The translations under genes were made by a program, and so were the position numbers. This document shows positions 1-9,811 of a stretch of 54,693 bases of DNA, piece after piece. The stretch covers positions 1 to 54,693 of the IMG/VR virus record IMGVR_UViG_3300023181_000035. One strand, 5' to 3'. This stretch comes from a virus (lineage: Duplodnaviria; Caudoviricetes). Position 1 is the first letter of the stretch; each line of letters starts with the position of its first letter. The notes below the pieces were generated by a model, which had not been told where the DNA came from, did not search any database, and was given only the letters and a program-made list of their open reading frames with translations.

Positions 1-776
1 CTAAATCCAGAAGATATAAAAGTATGAGATATTTTTGGATAAATGATTTAGAACCAGATAAAGTACCTAAAGAAGCCTTTCTTTTAAATGAAGATTGGAC
101 TATGGGAAGTTGGATTGATAACTAAATTTCCGCAAAAAAGAACTAAAAACAGTTTAAACATAAAGTGATAGAGCATGACCATAACTAAAACAAAAACCAA
201 CAGTGTAACATACTACGAATGTCAACCAATAGACGGAATATGTTTATTTGCATTCACTAAAAGAAGATTACTTATAGACTTATGTAAAGTTTATAGTATC
301 AATTTATTTAATCCTTTAAATTTGAATTAAGATGAAGAAAGAAATTAATATTAATTTAGGATTTCCTTATATTATTTTTGCAGTTTGTACAGCAATGATA
401 GGATATACAATACATAACAGTGTTTTTTGGTCTGTTGTTGATTTTTTCTTCGCGCCAATTGCGTGGATAAAATGGGTAATATGTCATGAAGTTACATTGA
501 AAATAATAAAAGAGACGTTTAACTGGTTTTTCGCGGGATAAAAAACTTAAAAAAAGAAAGAAAATGGAAGGCATTGTATTCGAGATCGAAGATAGTCCTG
601 CAATCATAGCAACAAAAACAGTTATGTTATTTGCAGGAAGTAACGAACTTAAACCAAAATTAAACAGGCTTGGAATCAGTTATACTAAAGTATATAAAGG
701 ACTTCTAACATTTTACTGTTTGAAGGGAAGAGGTATAAATGGAACTTTAAAAATTAGACTTTAAAACCAGGAATTT

Positions 777-1397
777 ATGAAAAAGAAAGTATTAAATCTT
801 TGTGCAGGAATAGGAGGAAATAGAAAACATTGGCAAAATTGTGAAGTTACGGCGATAGAATCTGACACAAAAATAGCAAATGTATATCAAAAGTTATTCC
901 CAGAAGATACAGTAATAATAACAGACGCATATCAATACCTGAAAGATAATTTTGACAAGTTCGATTTTATTTGGATTTCACCGCCATGCCAAAAACACAG
1001 CAGAATGATGAAAGCAACCAGACATAAAGTTGCTGATTACCCAGATTTCAAATTATATGAAGTTATTGTTTTTTTAACTCATTTCTTTAAAGGTAAGTTT
1101 GTAGTTGAAAATGTAGTGCCTTATTATACGCCATTGATTGAGCCTTCTAAAAGAATAGGAAGGCATTTATTCTGGACTAATTTTGATATTATTGCTGAAG
1201 ATGTTAAACGCCCAAAAGGATTTATTACAAAAGCAAACTTACAAGGTAAAAAAGAAATGATGGAATGGTTAGGATTATACTTTGAAGAAGTTATTTATTA
1301 TAAAGGTAATCACTGTCCTGTACAAATATTAAGAAACTGTGTTCATCCTGATTTAGGCTTAGAAATATACAACTCTTATTTAAATAGTGAACTATGA
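777..1397 (+). CDS. DNA (cytosine-5)-methyltransferase-like protein
   Basis: Motif I LNLCAGIGG, catalytic motif IV SPPCQ, motif VI VVENV, later R-H-LFW; short phage-type C5 MTase. Confidence 0.8.
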   Translation: MKKKVLNLCAGIGGNRKHWQNCEVTAIESDTKIANVYQKLFPEDTVIITDAYQYLKDNFDKFDFIWISPPCQKHSRMMKATRHKVADYPDFKLYEVIVFLTHFFKGKFVVENVVPYYTPLIEPSKRIGRHLFWTNFDIIAEDVKRPKGFITKANLQGKKEMMEWLGLYFEEVIYYKGNHCPVQILRNCVHPDLGLEIYNSYLNSEL

Positions 1398-2370
1398 TAG
1401 TATTTACAGACTACGGGCAAAAAGAAATAAAACAGTTAAAAACATTTGAATATAAAAATCATAAGTTTGTAATAGCAGAACTACCTATAAAATCATTACA
1501 AGGAAAAACATTAAGAAAGTGTGTACATGTTTCAACAGGCAAGCAACTACCTTTTACCTTCTGTAAGGAATCAACTGTTCAAAGTTATATAGATACTTCA
1601 CTTTTAAAATTGGAAGGCTTAGAGAAGAGATTTGGTTTTAAACTTTTTTCCGCGGAATTAGAAAAATATAAAACAATTAATCATGATAAACTATAAAAAA
1701 TTAATAGATCAAAAACCATTTGTTTATGGTGAATTATTAAATTCGTTAGGTCAAACTATTCAATTTGTCGAATGTCCTAAATATGGAGATGAAGCAGAAG
1801 TTATATGTGTTTGCCACGAACTAGAACTCGCATCTTATTCTACTTTTATGGAATGTGATGATATGGAAGAAAATCACAGAGAGTATGAACCTTCTTTTAA
1901 AGAGGATAAATTTCAAATAGGAGGCTACGATGTTTAGTTTAGTAACAGAAGAGCATAAAGAATTAGAAGTAAGTTATAATAAAGTACTAAAGGAACTGTT
2001 TAGTAAATCAAGGGAAATTAATTTTGAAAAATGGCGAGAAGAAAAAGAGCAGAAAGAAATTTTAGAAAAATATTATTATGAAAACACAACCTAAACACAT
2101 AATTTGGTGGAATACACTAGGAGATCGAAAAAGAGATGAATTAGCAATGGATTATTATGGCTCTGACTTAATAATGGACGATGAAATAGAGAAAATCTTT
2201 ACAGAACAACACCGATATTTTATTGAATTTGATGGAAAAAGACGTTTTTTATGTTTATTTCCAGAGCCAGAAACAAATAAAAACAAGGACTTTAAAACAC
2301 TTGAAGAAGCTATGAATTACATGTTAGTGAATTGTTTAATAACCGAGGTTACAATTAAAAATTAGAAATT

Positions 2371-2778
2371 ATGCCAACTAAACAAGAAACAATAGACAGC
2401 TTAGTACCTACTTCAAATTATTTAGGTAGTTTTGTAAGAAAGATGATAACAGATATCACAGTTGAAAGTAAATTAACAGTTGAGTATTTGAAAAAAGGTG
2501 ACGTTTTGATACTAAAAAGTCAAGTCAAATATCGTCCTAGCGTGGTCATCAAAGTTAAAGAAACTTACGTAATTGTAATACCTTTAACCTCAAGTGAAAA
2601 TGAACATTGTCTTTGCGAATCTAAAAGTAGATTTCTAAAAGATGGATGCTTTGGAAATAACTTTGAAATTGTGCCTATGGAATTAGCTAAAGCCAGTTTC
2701 GTTTCAGTTTACGATAACCCAAAGCTTTTAAACAACGCGATAAAAGAACTAAGAGAATTTATTAAGAAAAATATATAA
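2371..2778 (+). CDS. PemK/MazF-like fold protein
   Basis: KKGDVLIL...KYRPSVVI...VIVIPLTS resembles the MazF/PemK GD...RP.vV...V.PlTS signature. Confidence 0.5.
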   Translation: MPTKQETIDSLVPTSNYLGSFVRKMITDITVESKLTVEYLKKGDVLILKSQVKYRPSVVIKVKETYVIVIPLTSSENEHCLCESKSRFLKDGCFGNNFEIVPMELAKASFVSVYDNPKLLNNAIKELREFIKKNI

Positions 2779-3174
2779 TTATGAATTTACAAGAAGCTAA
2801 AGAAAAAGCGCAAAAAGGTATTAAAGTAACTCATGAATATTTTACTGATAAAGAATACATGATAATGAGAGGAAATCAAATTGTATTTGAAGATGGAGTG
2901 AAAATATTTTTTGATGCGTGGACAAAAGGAAAAGATTATTTATTAGAAGGTTGGAACGAATTTAAAGAGTAAAGAGATGAAACCAGATGCAACGCTAGAA
3001 GATTATCAAAACAGAGAAAAATTTCTAATTGACTATATAAAAAGCCAGATTTTTAAAAAGCAAAAAACTGCTGAACAATTCAATAGTGGGGAGCATTATT
3101 CTGAATGCAGGGCATATAAAGACATTTTATATAAATTAGAGAAAGATTCATTAGGAAATTAAAAATAAACTATT

Positions 3175-3182
3175 TACATTTG
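3175..3182 (+). promoter_or_regulatory. Bacteroidota-type -7 promoter box (TACATTTG) upstream of the lipoprotein/outer-membrane protein pair
   Basis: TAnnTTTG in the intergenic gap; -33 box weak. Confidence 0.5.
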
Positions 3183-3229
3183 CAAAACAAAACCCTTGAG
3201 CGGGAAAATAAACTCAAAAACAAATTAAG

Positions 3230-4117
3230 ATGAAGAAAAGAATTATTATTTTAGGAATTGCTATTTTAGCATCAATGGTTTCATGTTCAACAGAGGAAAC
3301 ACAAGAATCAAATGTACAAACAAGAGATGTTGTATTCACAATTGATCAACCAAGTACCTCAACCACAGGCAAACAAATTAAGCGTTTAAATGTACCAGTT
3401 TGGGTTAACACAATTAAAATTAAAGCAGTTTCTAATGTATTTACTTACTCGACAGAGGATAATTACACATTTGACCAACAAAACGGCGCTTCTTACATTG
3501 GGCTTGATAATGTAGCAATCGGAGCCAATACATTTACAGCTTCTACAACAACGGATTCACCACAATTCTTTCAGTTAACTAATTACACGGTTAATTCTGG
3601 AAATAATGAAGCTAAATTTGCAACAGCTTTAGATAATATTGACAATGAAAATCCTTATGTACTTTATACAGGATCAACTACAGCAACAATTGCTTCAACA
3701 GGATCTTCAGTAGTTGCTTTACCAATGACAACTCAAAATGGCCGTATTTTAAGTGTTTTTCAAGTTACAGATCAATTAAAATCATTAGGTTTGCAAGCTA
3801 AAATTACAGCAAGTGTTACAGGAGAAGCAACACAAACAGCAATTACTAAATCAAATGAACTTTGTACCTTCAAATGGAGTAATGCAAATGCTGTGGCGGA
3901 TAAAGAAGTGACATATAAAGTTGAAGTATCTTCTATTAATGCACAATCAACAATCTTAAAAACGTATGAGGTTAAGCAGAAAGTAATTGCAAGTACATCA
4001 CTATCTTGTTTTTATACAATTGATTCTAGTGGAATTACTTTGACTAAAAACGATGTTAAGATTACGCTTAATTTCCAGGAATGGAAAGACCTTAACTGTG
4101 TAGATTGTAACCTATAA
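3230..4117 (+). CDS. Lipoprotein, beta-rich (fimbrillin/surface-protein-like)
   Basis: MKKRIIILGIAILASMVSC signal peptide II with lipobox Cys; Thr/Ser-rich, beta-strand-like pattern. Confidence 0.6.
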   Translation: MKKRIIILGIAILASMVSCSTEETQESNVQTRDVVFTIDQPSTSTTGKQIKRLNVPVWVNTIKIKAVSNVFTYSTEDNYTFDQQNGASYIGLDNVAIGANTFTASTTTDSPQFFQLTNYTVNSGNNEAKFATALDNIDNENPYVLYTGSTTATIASTGSSVVALPMTTQNGRILSVFQVTDQLKSLGLQAKITASVTGEATQTAITKSNELCTFKWSNANAVADKEVTYKVEVSSINAQSTILKTYEVKQKVIASTSLSCFYTIDSSGITLTKNDVKITLNFQEWKDLNCVDCNL

Positions 4118-4629
4118 TGAAGTATTTAATTATATTACTATTATCATTTCCTGTCTTCTCTCAAAATTATAGTTTGGAGACAGGGATGGTAATTCCCAAA
4201 GACAAAGATTATCAACTAGGGTATTACATTGAAGCAGATTTTCTTATTGAAACTAATATTAATAGAAAAATGATCTTTGGTGTATCTCACGGAGGATATA
4301 TGACGGACAATGCCAATATTTCGGCAAAAGAAATTGAAACAAAGGCTTGTAATTGCACACAAATAGATATAGGATTTGGAAATAACAACCAACCTAAAAG
4401 AATGGTGAGAACAGTTTCTTTAATATTTGGTTTAGAAACATTAAAAAGATTTTACTTAACAACTGGAATCACAAGTGCTAAGCATATTACTAAAGGCATA
4501 AGTGAGTATTATTCAACTCATATTGATTTTGGTGCTAAGTACTTTATTAAAATAAATAACGGATTTTTAACTATAAACACTAAATTTAATCCCGAGCAGT
4601 TATCTATGGGGTTGGGTTATAGTAGATAA
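4117..4629 (+). CDS. Putative small outer-membrane beta-barrel protein
   Basis: Signal peptide MKYLIILLLSFPVFSQ; alternating hydrophobic strands; C-terminal MGLGYSR. Confidence 0.5.
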   Translation: MKYLIILLLSFPVFSQNYSLETGMVIPKDKDYQLGYYIEADFLIETNINRKMIFGVSHGGYMTDNANISAKEIETKACNCTQIDIGFGNNNQPKRMVRTVSLIFGLETLKRFYLTTGITSAKHITKGISEYYSTHIDFGAKYFIKINNGFLTINTKFNPEQLSMGLGYSR

Positions 4630-4708
4630 TAACAAGGCAAAACATGGTGCTCCCGAAATAATAACGGAGGTGTGATCGTTTCTACTTTTGCCGCTAAAAA
4701 AGATAAAA

Positions 4709-5500
4709 ATGGAAAATAAAGAAAGAAGAAGTGGTAGAGAGAGTCCTTATTTTATAGATAGAGTAGGAGAAAGGTATTTAACTAATCAAGGATATTGGAT
4801 TGAGATTATTAAATGTTTTGGATCCTCAAACTGCTCAGTATCATTTGATTGTAATGGTGTAGTATTAAATAACTTGATATACTCTAATATCAAAAGAGGT
4901 CAAGTAGCTAATCCTTATCATCCCTCTATGTATGGTGTGGGTTATATGGGACAAGGGAAATATGTATCAAGTTTTAATTATATAGAGACAAAAGAATACC
5001 GTCTATGGAAAGACGTCTTAGAAAGATGCTATAATCCAAATTTTCATAAAAAAAGACCTAATTATGCTGATGTAAAAATGCACAGTGATTGGCACAATTT
5101 TCAGAATTTTGCGACTTGGGTTGAGAAAAATTTTAATCATTCTGTAATGGAAGGTTGGTCTATGGACAAAGATCTTAAAGTAAAAGGAAATAAAATCTAT
5201 TCTCCAGAAACATGCATATTTATCCCAATACCAATCAACAATATATTTGTAAAAATAAAAAGAAAATCTGGCTTACCTAGAGGGGTATGTAAGACAAAAA
5301 ATAATAGATATGTTTCAAAGATTAAAACAAACGGCAAAAGTAGAAATTTAGGAACATATGACACACCCGAAGAAGCCTTTCAAGCCTACAAAATAGCCAA
5401 GGAAATAGAGATTAAGAGAATGGCGGATGAATGGCGACCAATAATCGGAGAAATTGTGTACAAAGCCATGTACAACTGGGTTGTGGAAATAAATGATTAA
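4709..5500 (+). CDS. HNH-type homing endonuclease with C-terminal AP2-like DNA-binding domain
   Basis: W..FQNFA.W, DKD(L)KVKGNKIYSPETCIFIP, RNLGTYDTPEEAFQAY; ATG at 4709 preferred over the TTG at 4688. Confidence 0.7.
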   Translation: MENKERRSGRESPYFIDRVGERYLTNQGYWIEIIKCFGSSNCSVSFDCNGVVLNNLIYSNIKRGQVANPYHPSMYGVGYMGQGKYVSSFNYIETKEYRLWKDVLERCYNPNFHKKRPNYADVKMHSDWHNFQNFATWVEKNFNHSVMEGWSMDKDLKVKGNKIYSPETCIFIPIPINNIFVKIKRKSGLPRGVCKTKNNRYVSKIKTNGKSRNLGTYDTPEEAFQAYKIAKEIEIKRMADEWRPIIGEIVYKAMYNWVVEIND

Positions 5501-6412
5501 ATTTTTAGAAAATGGAAAAAAGAGAGTTTGAAATAGATGAATTTACACGTAAAATAGATTTACTAGAATTTATTGAGGTAGGAGTGGATTTAAGAAGTTG
5601 TGTAAAAGGGGATAGATTAATAACCAGAGATGGATTAGAATTAATTTATGTACAACCTTTAGTGGACTCTTATTATGATCATGAAGTTCAGTATACGGGG
5701 ATAAATAAAATTAAGGGTAGTAGGACGCATGCTGGTAAGATGTTACGTACTTCTGACAGCGATTCAGATATTGTAGAAATAATAAGAAAATAGTTATGGA
5801 ATTAATAGAAGTAGAGTATTTAGAGGAGTCTTCAAAAGCAGTATTCTTTAATGTAACTTACAATATAAAATCCAGTTATTTTAGGGCTGAAAAACAAGTT
5901 ATTCGACGAGCTGTTTTAGAAAAATGGAATATGCCTGGATTTAGTTACGCAAATAATTTTATATGGGCAGATAATAAAGAAAGTTATCAATACGATAACG
6001 CAATTCTACAAGAAATGATTTTAGAATATGAGAAGAATAAAAATGACATACAATAAAAAATTAGTTTTAGATTCTATTGAAGACTATAAATTAAAATCGG
6101 CGGAAAAAAAGATTAAAACAAAAGAATTTCTTGAAACTCACCTAAGAATACAAAAAGAAAACAGAGTAAAACAAGACAAATCAACACAGTTATTTCTAAG
6201 AACAATAAACATATACAAACTATGACAACTCTAAAAACGGCAAGAGAAAAATTTAAAAAAGGAGATAAATACTTCTCAGCAACAGGTAATCTACCAACTA
6301 CAGAACTAACAGTAGAAGGTAAGATAAGATATGGACTAAATCAATTAAAATCTATATTTTGTGATACAGGATGTCTTTACGATTATGATACGGATACTTA
6401 TGCTAAAAAGCT

Positions 6413-7033
6413 ATGAAGAAAATAATACTACATTTATGTGCTGACTTAGGAAGTGATTCGTTATTTTATCAATTAGATACAGATTATGAAGTTAGAATGA
6501 TTGGTGAGAAAATAGGAGTTGAAAATTACAAAGGTTCTGACGATATTTATGGTGTAATAGCTAACCCCGTCTGCACCCAATTATCAACCGCCAATGGATT
6601 TCACAAAGAAAATGATGTTGAAAAAGGTATGATATTAGTAAATCATTGTTTGAGAATAATTTCAGAATGTAAAAATTTAAAATTCTGGCAATTGGAAAAT
6701 CCCGCTAATGGGCGATTAAAAGAATTCTTAGGAAAACCTAAATTAATATATCAGCCTTGGGAATACGGAAGCCCTTGGACAAAGAAAACAGCACTGTGGG
6801 GAGAATTTAATATCCCTGATAAAACTTATAGTAAGTGGGAAAATGTGCCTAAAAATGATAGAATATATGTAAGACCAGGCAGACCAAAACCTGCACTAGC
6901 TTTCCTTCATAAATCAGCAGTTAATTTAATTCCTGAATTTGAGTGGGCTAAAGATAAAATTAAATGTGATGCCGACATACGAAGCATGTGCTCACAAGGA
7001 TTTGCAAAAGCATTTTATGAATTTAATAGATAG
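6413..7033 (+). CDS. Divergent cytosine methyltransferase-like protein
   Basis: LHLCADLGS (motif I-like), ANPVCT (motif IV-like), LENP (motif VI), KKTALWG. Confidence 0.6.
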   Translation: MKKIILHLCADLGSDSLFYQLDTDYEVRMIGEKIGVENYKGSDDIYGVIANPVCTQLSTANGFHKENDVEKGMILVNHCLRIISECKNLKFWQLENPANGRLKEFLGKPKLIYQPWEYGSPWTKKTALWGEFNIPDKTYSKWENVPKNDRIYVRPGRPKPALAFLHKSAVNLIPEFEWAKDKIKCDADIRSMCSQGFAKAFYEFNR

Positions 7034-7813
7034 ATTATGGAAATAGAATATTTATATACAGAAGGAAATCCAAACGCACCTATGCCAGTTAGACTAAATA
7101 AAAAAATAGTCGGAACAATTAAACCAGTTAAAGGTGGGTGGCAATATTTCCCGTTAAATCATAAAAAGGGAGGGGAAGTATTTGAAACTATTGGGCAAGT
7201 TCAACGTTCACTTGAATTTGTAGAGGAATAAAAACTAACTTAAATTAAAATTATGAAAAAACTAAGAGTAGCACACTATCCACAAATACCATGTAAACCA
7301 TTTATAGTGGAAGTAAAAGACGAAGAACAAGCTTATTTAGTAAGTGGAGCTTTGGCCAATCAACACCTATTTTTGTTTGAAAATAAATTTATTCCAGATT
7401 ATGCAAATATTATTTTAGTTCAGATGTTTGATGATGGTGAGTGGGTTGACTATTATAATGAAGAGTACGATATGGAGTTTGATGATTATACTGAGAATTT
7501 TTTAATTAAAAATGTATAAAATGAAAGAAAAAAATGTAATAATAGATTTTTTAACTAAAGCAGGTTTTGAAGAAAAAGGAAAAGACCAATACAAAAGGAA
7601 AGATACAGGAACTATTTTTATTAGAGAATGGAGTGCTTTAAAAGTGATGTGGCAAATTATGGAATTAGGTGAAAAACATCATGCTAAAAAAGTTAGAGAT
7701 GTGCTACATTTAACAGATGCTGTAGAACTGTATATATTTAATCCACAAGTTTAGTAAATTTCGCGCGAAAAAGAATAAAAACAAAGAAACAAGGGAAGAA
7801 ATTTACAATTTCG

Positions 7814-7844
7814 TTTGTTTATTAAAATAAAAACATTATATTTG
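7814..7844 (+). promoter_or_regulatory. Bacteroidota-type promoter upstream of the DGR-containing unit
   Basis: TTTG (7814-7817), 19-nt spacer, TATATTTG (7837-7844). Confidence 0.7.
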
Positions 7845-8104
7845 TAATATGAAAGAACTAATACAACAAGACTATAATAAAATAATTGATTTTAGAACAA
7901 ATTGGTTAGAAAAATTAGCATTAAAATATAATTTAACTGAGGCTCAAGTTTTAGAGTTAATTGATTTATGAAAGTAATATACATGGGAACAACTCTCGGA
8001 CTAATCCACGAAATACATCCTGAAACAGCTCAACAAATACTGGCAAAAGGAGAAGTAAAAGAAACAGAAAACAATTTAAAATATATTATAATAAACGAAG
8101 AGAT

Positions 8105-8668
8105 ATGAAAAATAATATAACCAGAGAAGAGTTAAAAAAGATACACGACATTGCTTGTGATACTTGGAAGCCAAAGTTAGCTAAATATGCACAAGAAGAC
8201 CCGTTCAGTGAAACAATAAAATTCACAGAGAAACAAATTAATGAAATGATTAAGGCTTGTACAGATGTTCAATTACCTGTAGTTAAAGAGATATTTGATG
8301 TCCGTGATAGCTGGGAAGATATTAAAACTGTAGAGGATGCAACTAACAAACTAGGTGAAAAAGATGAAGATGTGATCCAGCTTAGAAAATTAGAATCTGT
8401 AGATGGCTTAGCAGATTATATTTTAAATAATCAGATAGCTATTGTTGTAGCTAAAGCTTTAAATGATGGATGGGTAGCTAATTGGGATGATCACAATGAA
8501 TACAAATATTATCCTTGGTTTTATTTGGGTAAAAACTTCCGCTGCAATAGTTGCAACGGTTGGAATTCTAACTCGGATGCATCTTCCCGCCTCTCACTCA
8601 AGTCTAGCGAATTAGCAATATATGCTGGAAAACAATTCAAAGACGTATATGAAAAATTTATGAATTAA
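8105..8668 (+). CDS. DGR target protein 1 (187 aa)
   Basis: Contains VR1 encoding FRCNSCNGWNSNSDASSR; paralogous to 9792..10244 (ALNDGW.ANW...YKYYPWF vs AYNQGK.PDF...YKYTPYF). Confidence 0.85.
   Translation: MKNNITREELKKIHDIACDTWKPKLAKYAQEDPFSETIKFTEKQINEMIKACTDVQLPVVKEIFDVRDSWEDIKTVEDATNKLGEKDEDVIQLRKLESVDGLADYILNNQIAIVVAKALNDGWVANWDDHNEYKYYPWFYLGKNFRCNSCNGWNSNSDASSRLSLKSSELAIYAGKQFKDVYEKFMN
8536..8590 (+). repeat. DGR variable repeat VR1
   Basis: 55-nt ungapped match to TR 8703-8757 with 10 mismatches, all at TR adenines (9 A>G, 1 A>T). Confidence 0.92.
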
Positions 8669-8702
8669 AACAATAAAGGCCTAGTTTTCAGATGAATATT
8701 CC

Positions 8703-8757
8703 CTTCCACTACAATAATTACAACAATTGGAATTCTAACTCGAATACATCATCCCAC
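8703..8757 (+). repeat. DGR template repeat (TR)
   Basis: cttccactacaataattacaacaattggaattctaactcgaatacatcatcccac; intergenic, directly upstream of RT, 21 adenines, 7 AAY codons in the VR frame. Confidence 0.92.
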
Positions 8758-8872
8758 TTCTATTTACTAATATAGAAAACAAAAACCTTACCTCTTGGTA
8801 AAAAATAAAGAATTTAAAAGCTCATTAGTAAAGGAATTGAAAGTGAGCTTATATAAAGAGAGTTACAAGCCT

Positions 8873-9811
8873 ATGAAAAGAGTTGGTAATTTATATCAAA
8901 AAATAATATCAATAGATAATTTAAAAATAGCAGATAAAAAGGCCAGAAAAGGTAAAAGTAATCAGTATGGAGTAAAACAACATTTAAAAATAGAAATTGA
9001 GAATATAGAATCTTTATACGAACTACTGAATCATAATAAGTTTATCACCTCTAATTATCATAAATTTGAAATAAATGAAGGAAAGAAACGAACAATAGCT
9101 AGATTACCGTACTATCCAGATAGAATTGTACATCACGCACTAATTAACTATTTAGAGCCTTTGTTTGTATCAGTGTTTACTTCCGATACATATAGTTGTA
9201 TTAAGAAAAGAGGAGTTCATAAAGCATCTTACAATTTAAGAAAAGCTTTAAAAAATGTACCAGATACAAAATATTGTTTAAAACTAGATATTAAAAAATT
9301 TTATAATTCAATAGATCAAAAAATATTAAAGAGCTTACTCAGAAAGAAAATAAAAGATGTAATGTTATTGAATATGTTAGATGAAATAATAGAATCATAT
9401 GACGAAGGTCTTCCTCTAGGTTCTTTACTTTCACAATTTTTAGGTAATTACTATTTAACTTATTTTGATCATTGGATTAAAGAAGAATTAAAAATAAAAA
9501 ACTACTTTAGATACTGCGATGACTGTGTAATACTTGGTGATAATAAAGAAGATCTGCATGAAGTGTTTTTGAAAGTAGAAAAATATCTTAATAACTTAAA
9601 TCTAGAAGTAAAAGGTAATTGGCAAATTTCCCCTGTTAAAGACAGAAGTATTGACTTTGTAGGTTTTCGGCACTACCATACGCATACATTGTTAAGAAAA
9701 ACGATTAAAAAGAATTATATAAAAAGTAAAAACAAAGAACGTTGGAATGGGTGGTTAATCCACTGTAACTCATTAAATTTAAGAAAAAAGTATGAAAACA
9801 ATGAAAATTAA
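8873..9811 (+). CDS. DGR reverse transcriptase (~312 aa)
   Basis: MKRVGNLYQKI start, PDRIVHHA, LKLDIKKFY, GLPLGSLLSQ (DGR-type SQ), RYCDD catalytic motif, IDFVGF; ATG at 8873 preferred over TTG at 8795. Confidence 0.93.
   Translation: MKRVGNLYQKIISIDNLKIADKKARKGKSNQYGVKQHLKIEIENIESLYELLNHNKFITSNYHKFEINEGKKRTIARLPYYPDRIVHHALINYLEPLFVSVFTSDTYSCIKKRGVHKASYNLRKALKNVPDTKYCLKLDIKKFYNSIDQKILKSLLRKKIKDVMLLNMLDEIIESYDEGLPLGSLLSQFLGNYYLTYFDHWIKEELKIKNYFRYCDDCVILGDNKEDLHEVFLKVEKYLNNLNLEVKGNWQISPVKDRSIDFVGFRHYHTHTLLRKTIKKNYIKSKNKERWNGWLIHCNSLNLRKKYENNEN

Noticed and set aside
7849-8108. Small ORFs upstream of target 1 as Avd candidates
   Set aside because: Only about 40-46 aa each, far shorter than Avd and with no resemblance.
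8591-8630. Cruciform/hairpin target-recognition element downstream of VR1 (and gcctc/gaggc after VR2)
   Set aside because: Only 4-5-bp stems, not shared between the two targets; expected by chance.
8795-8872. TTG-start N-terminal extension of the RT in the ORF track
   Set aside because: It overlaps the predicted spacer hairpins; MKRVGNLY at 8873 looks like the usual DGR RT start.
8873-9811. RT as a group II intron, retron or Abi-type RT
   Set aside because: No maturase/endonuclease extension or intron-like flanks, no retron VTG motif; the SQ motif and TR/VR pairs explain it as a DGR RT.
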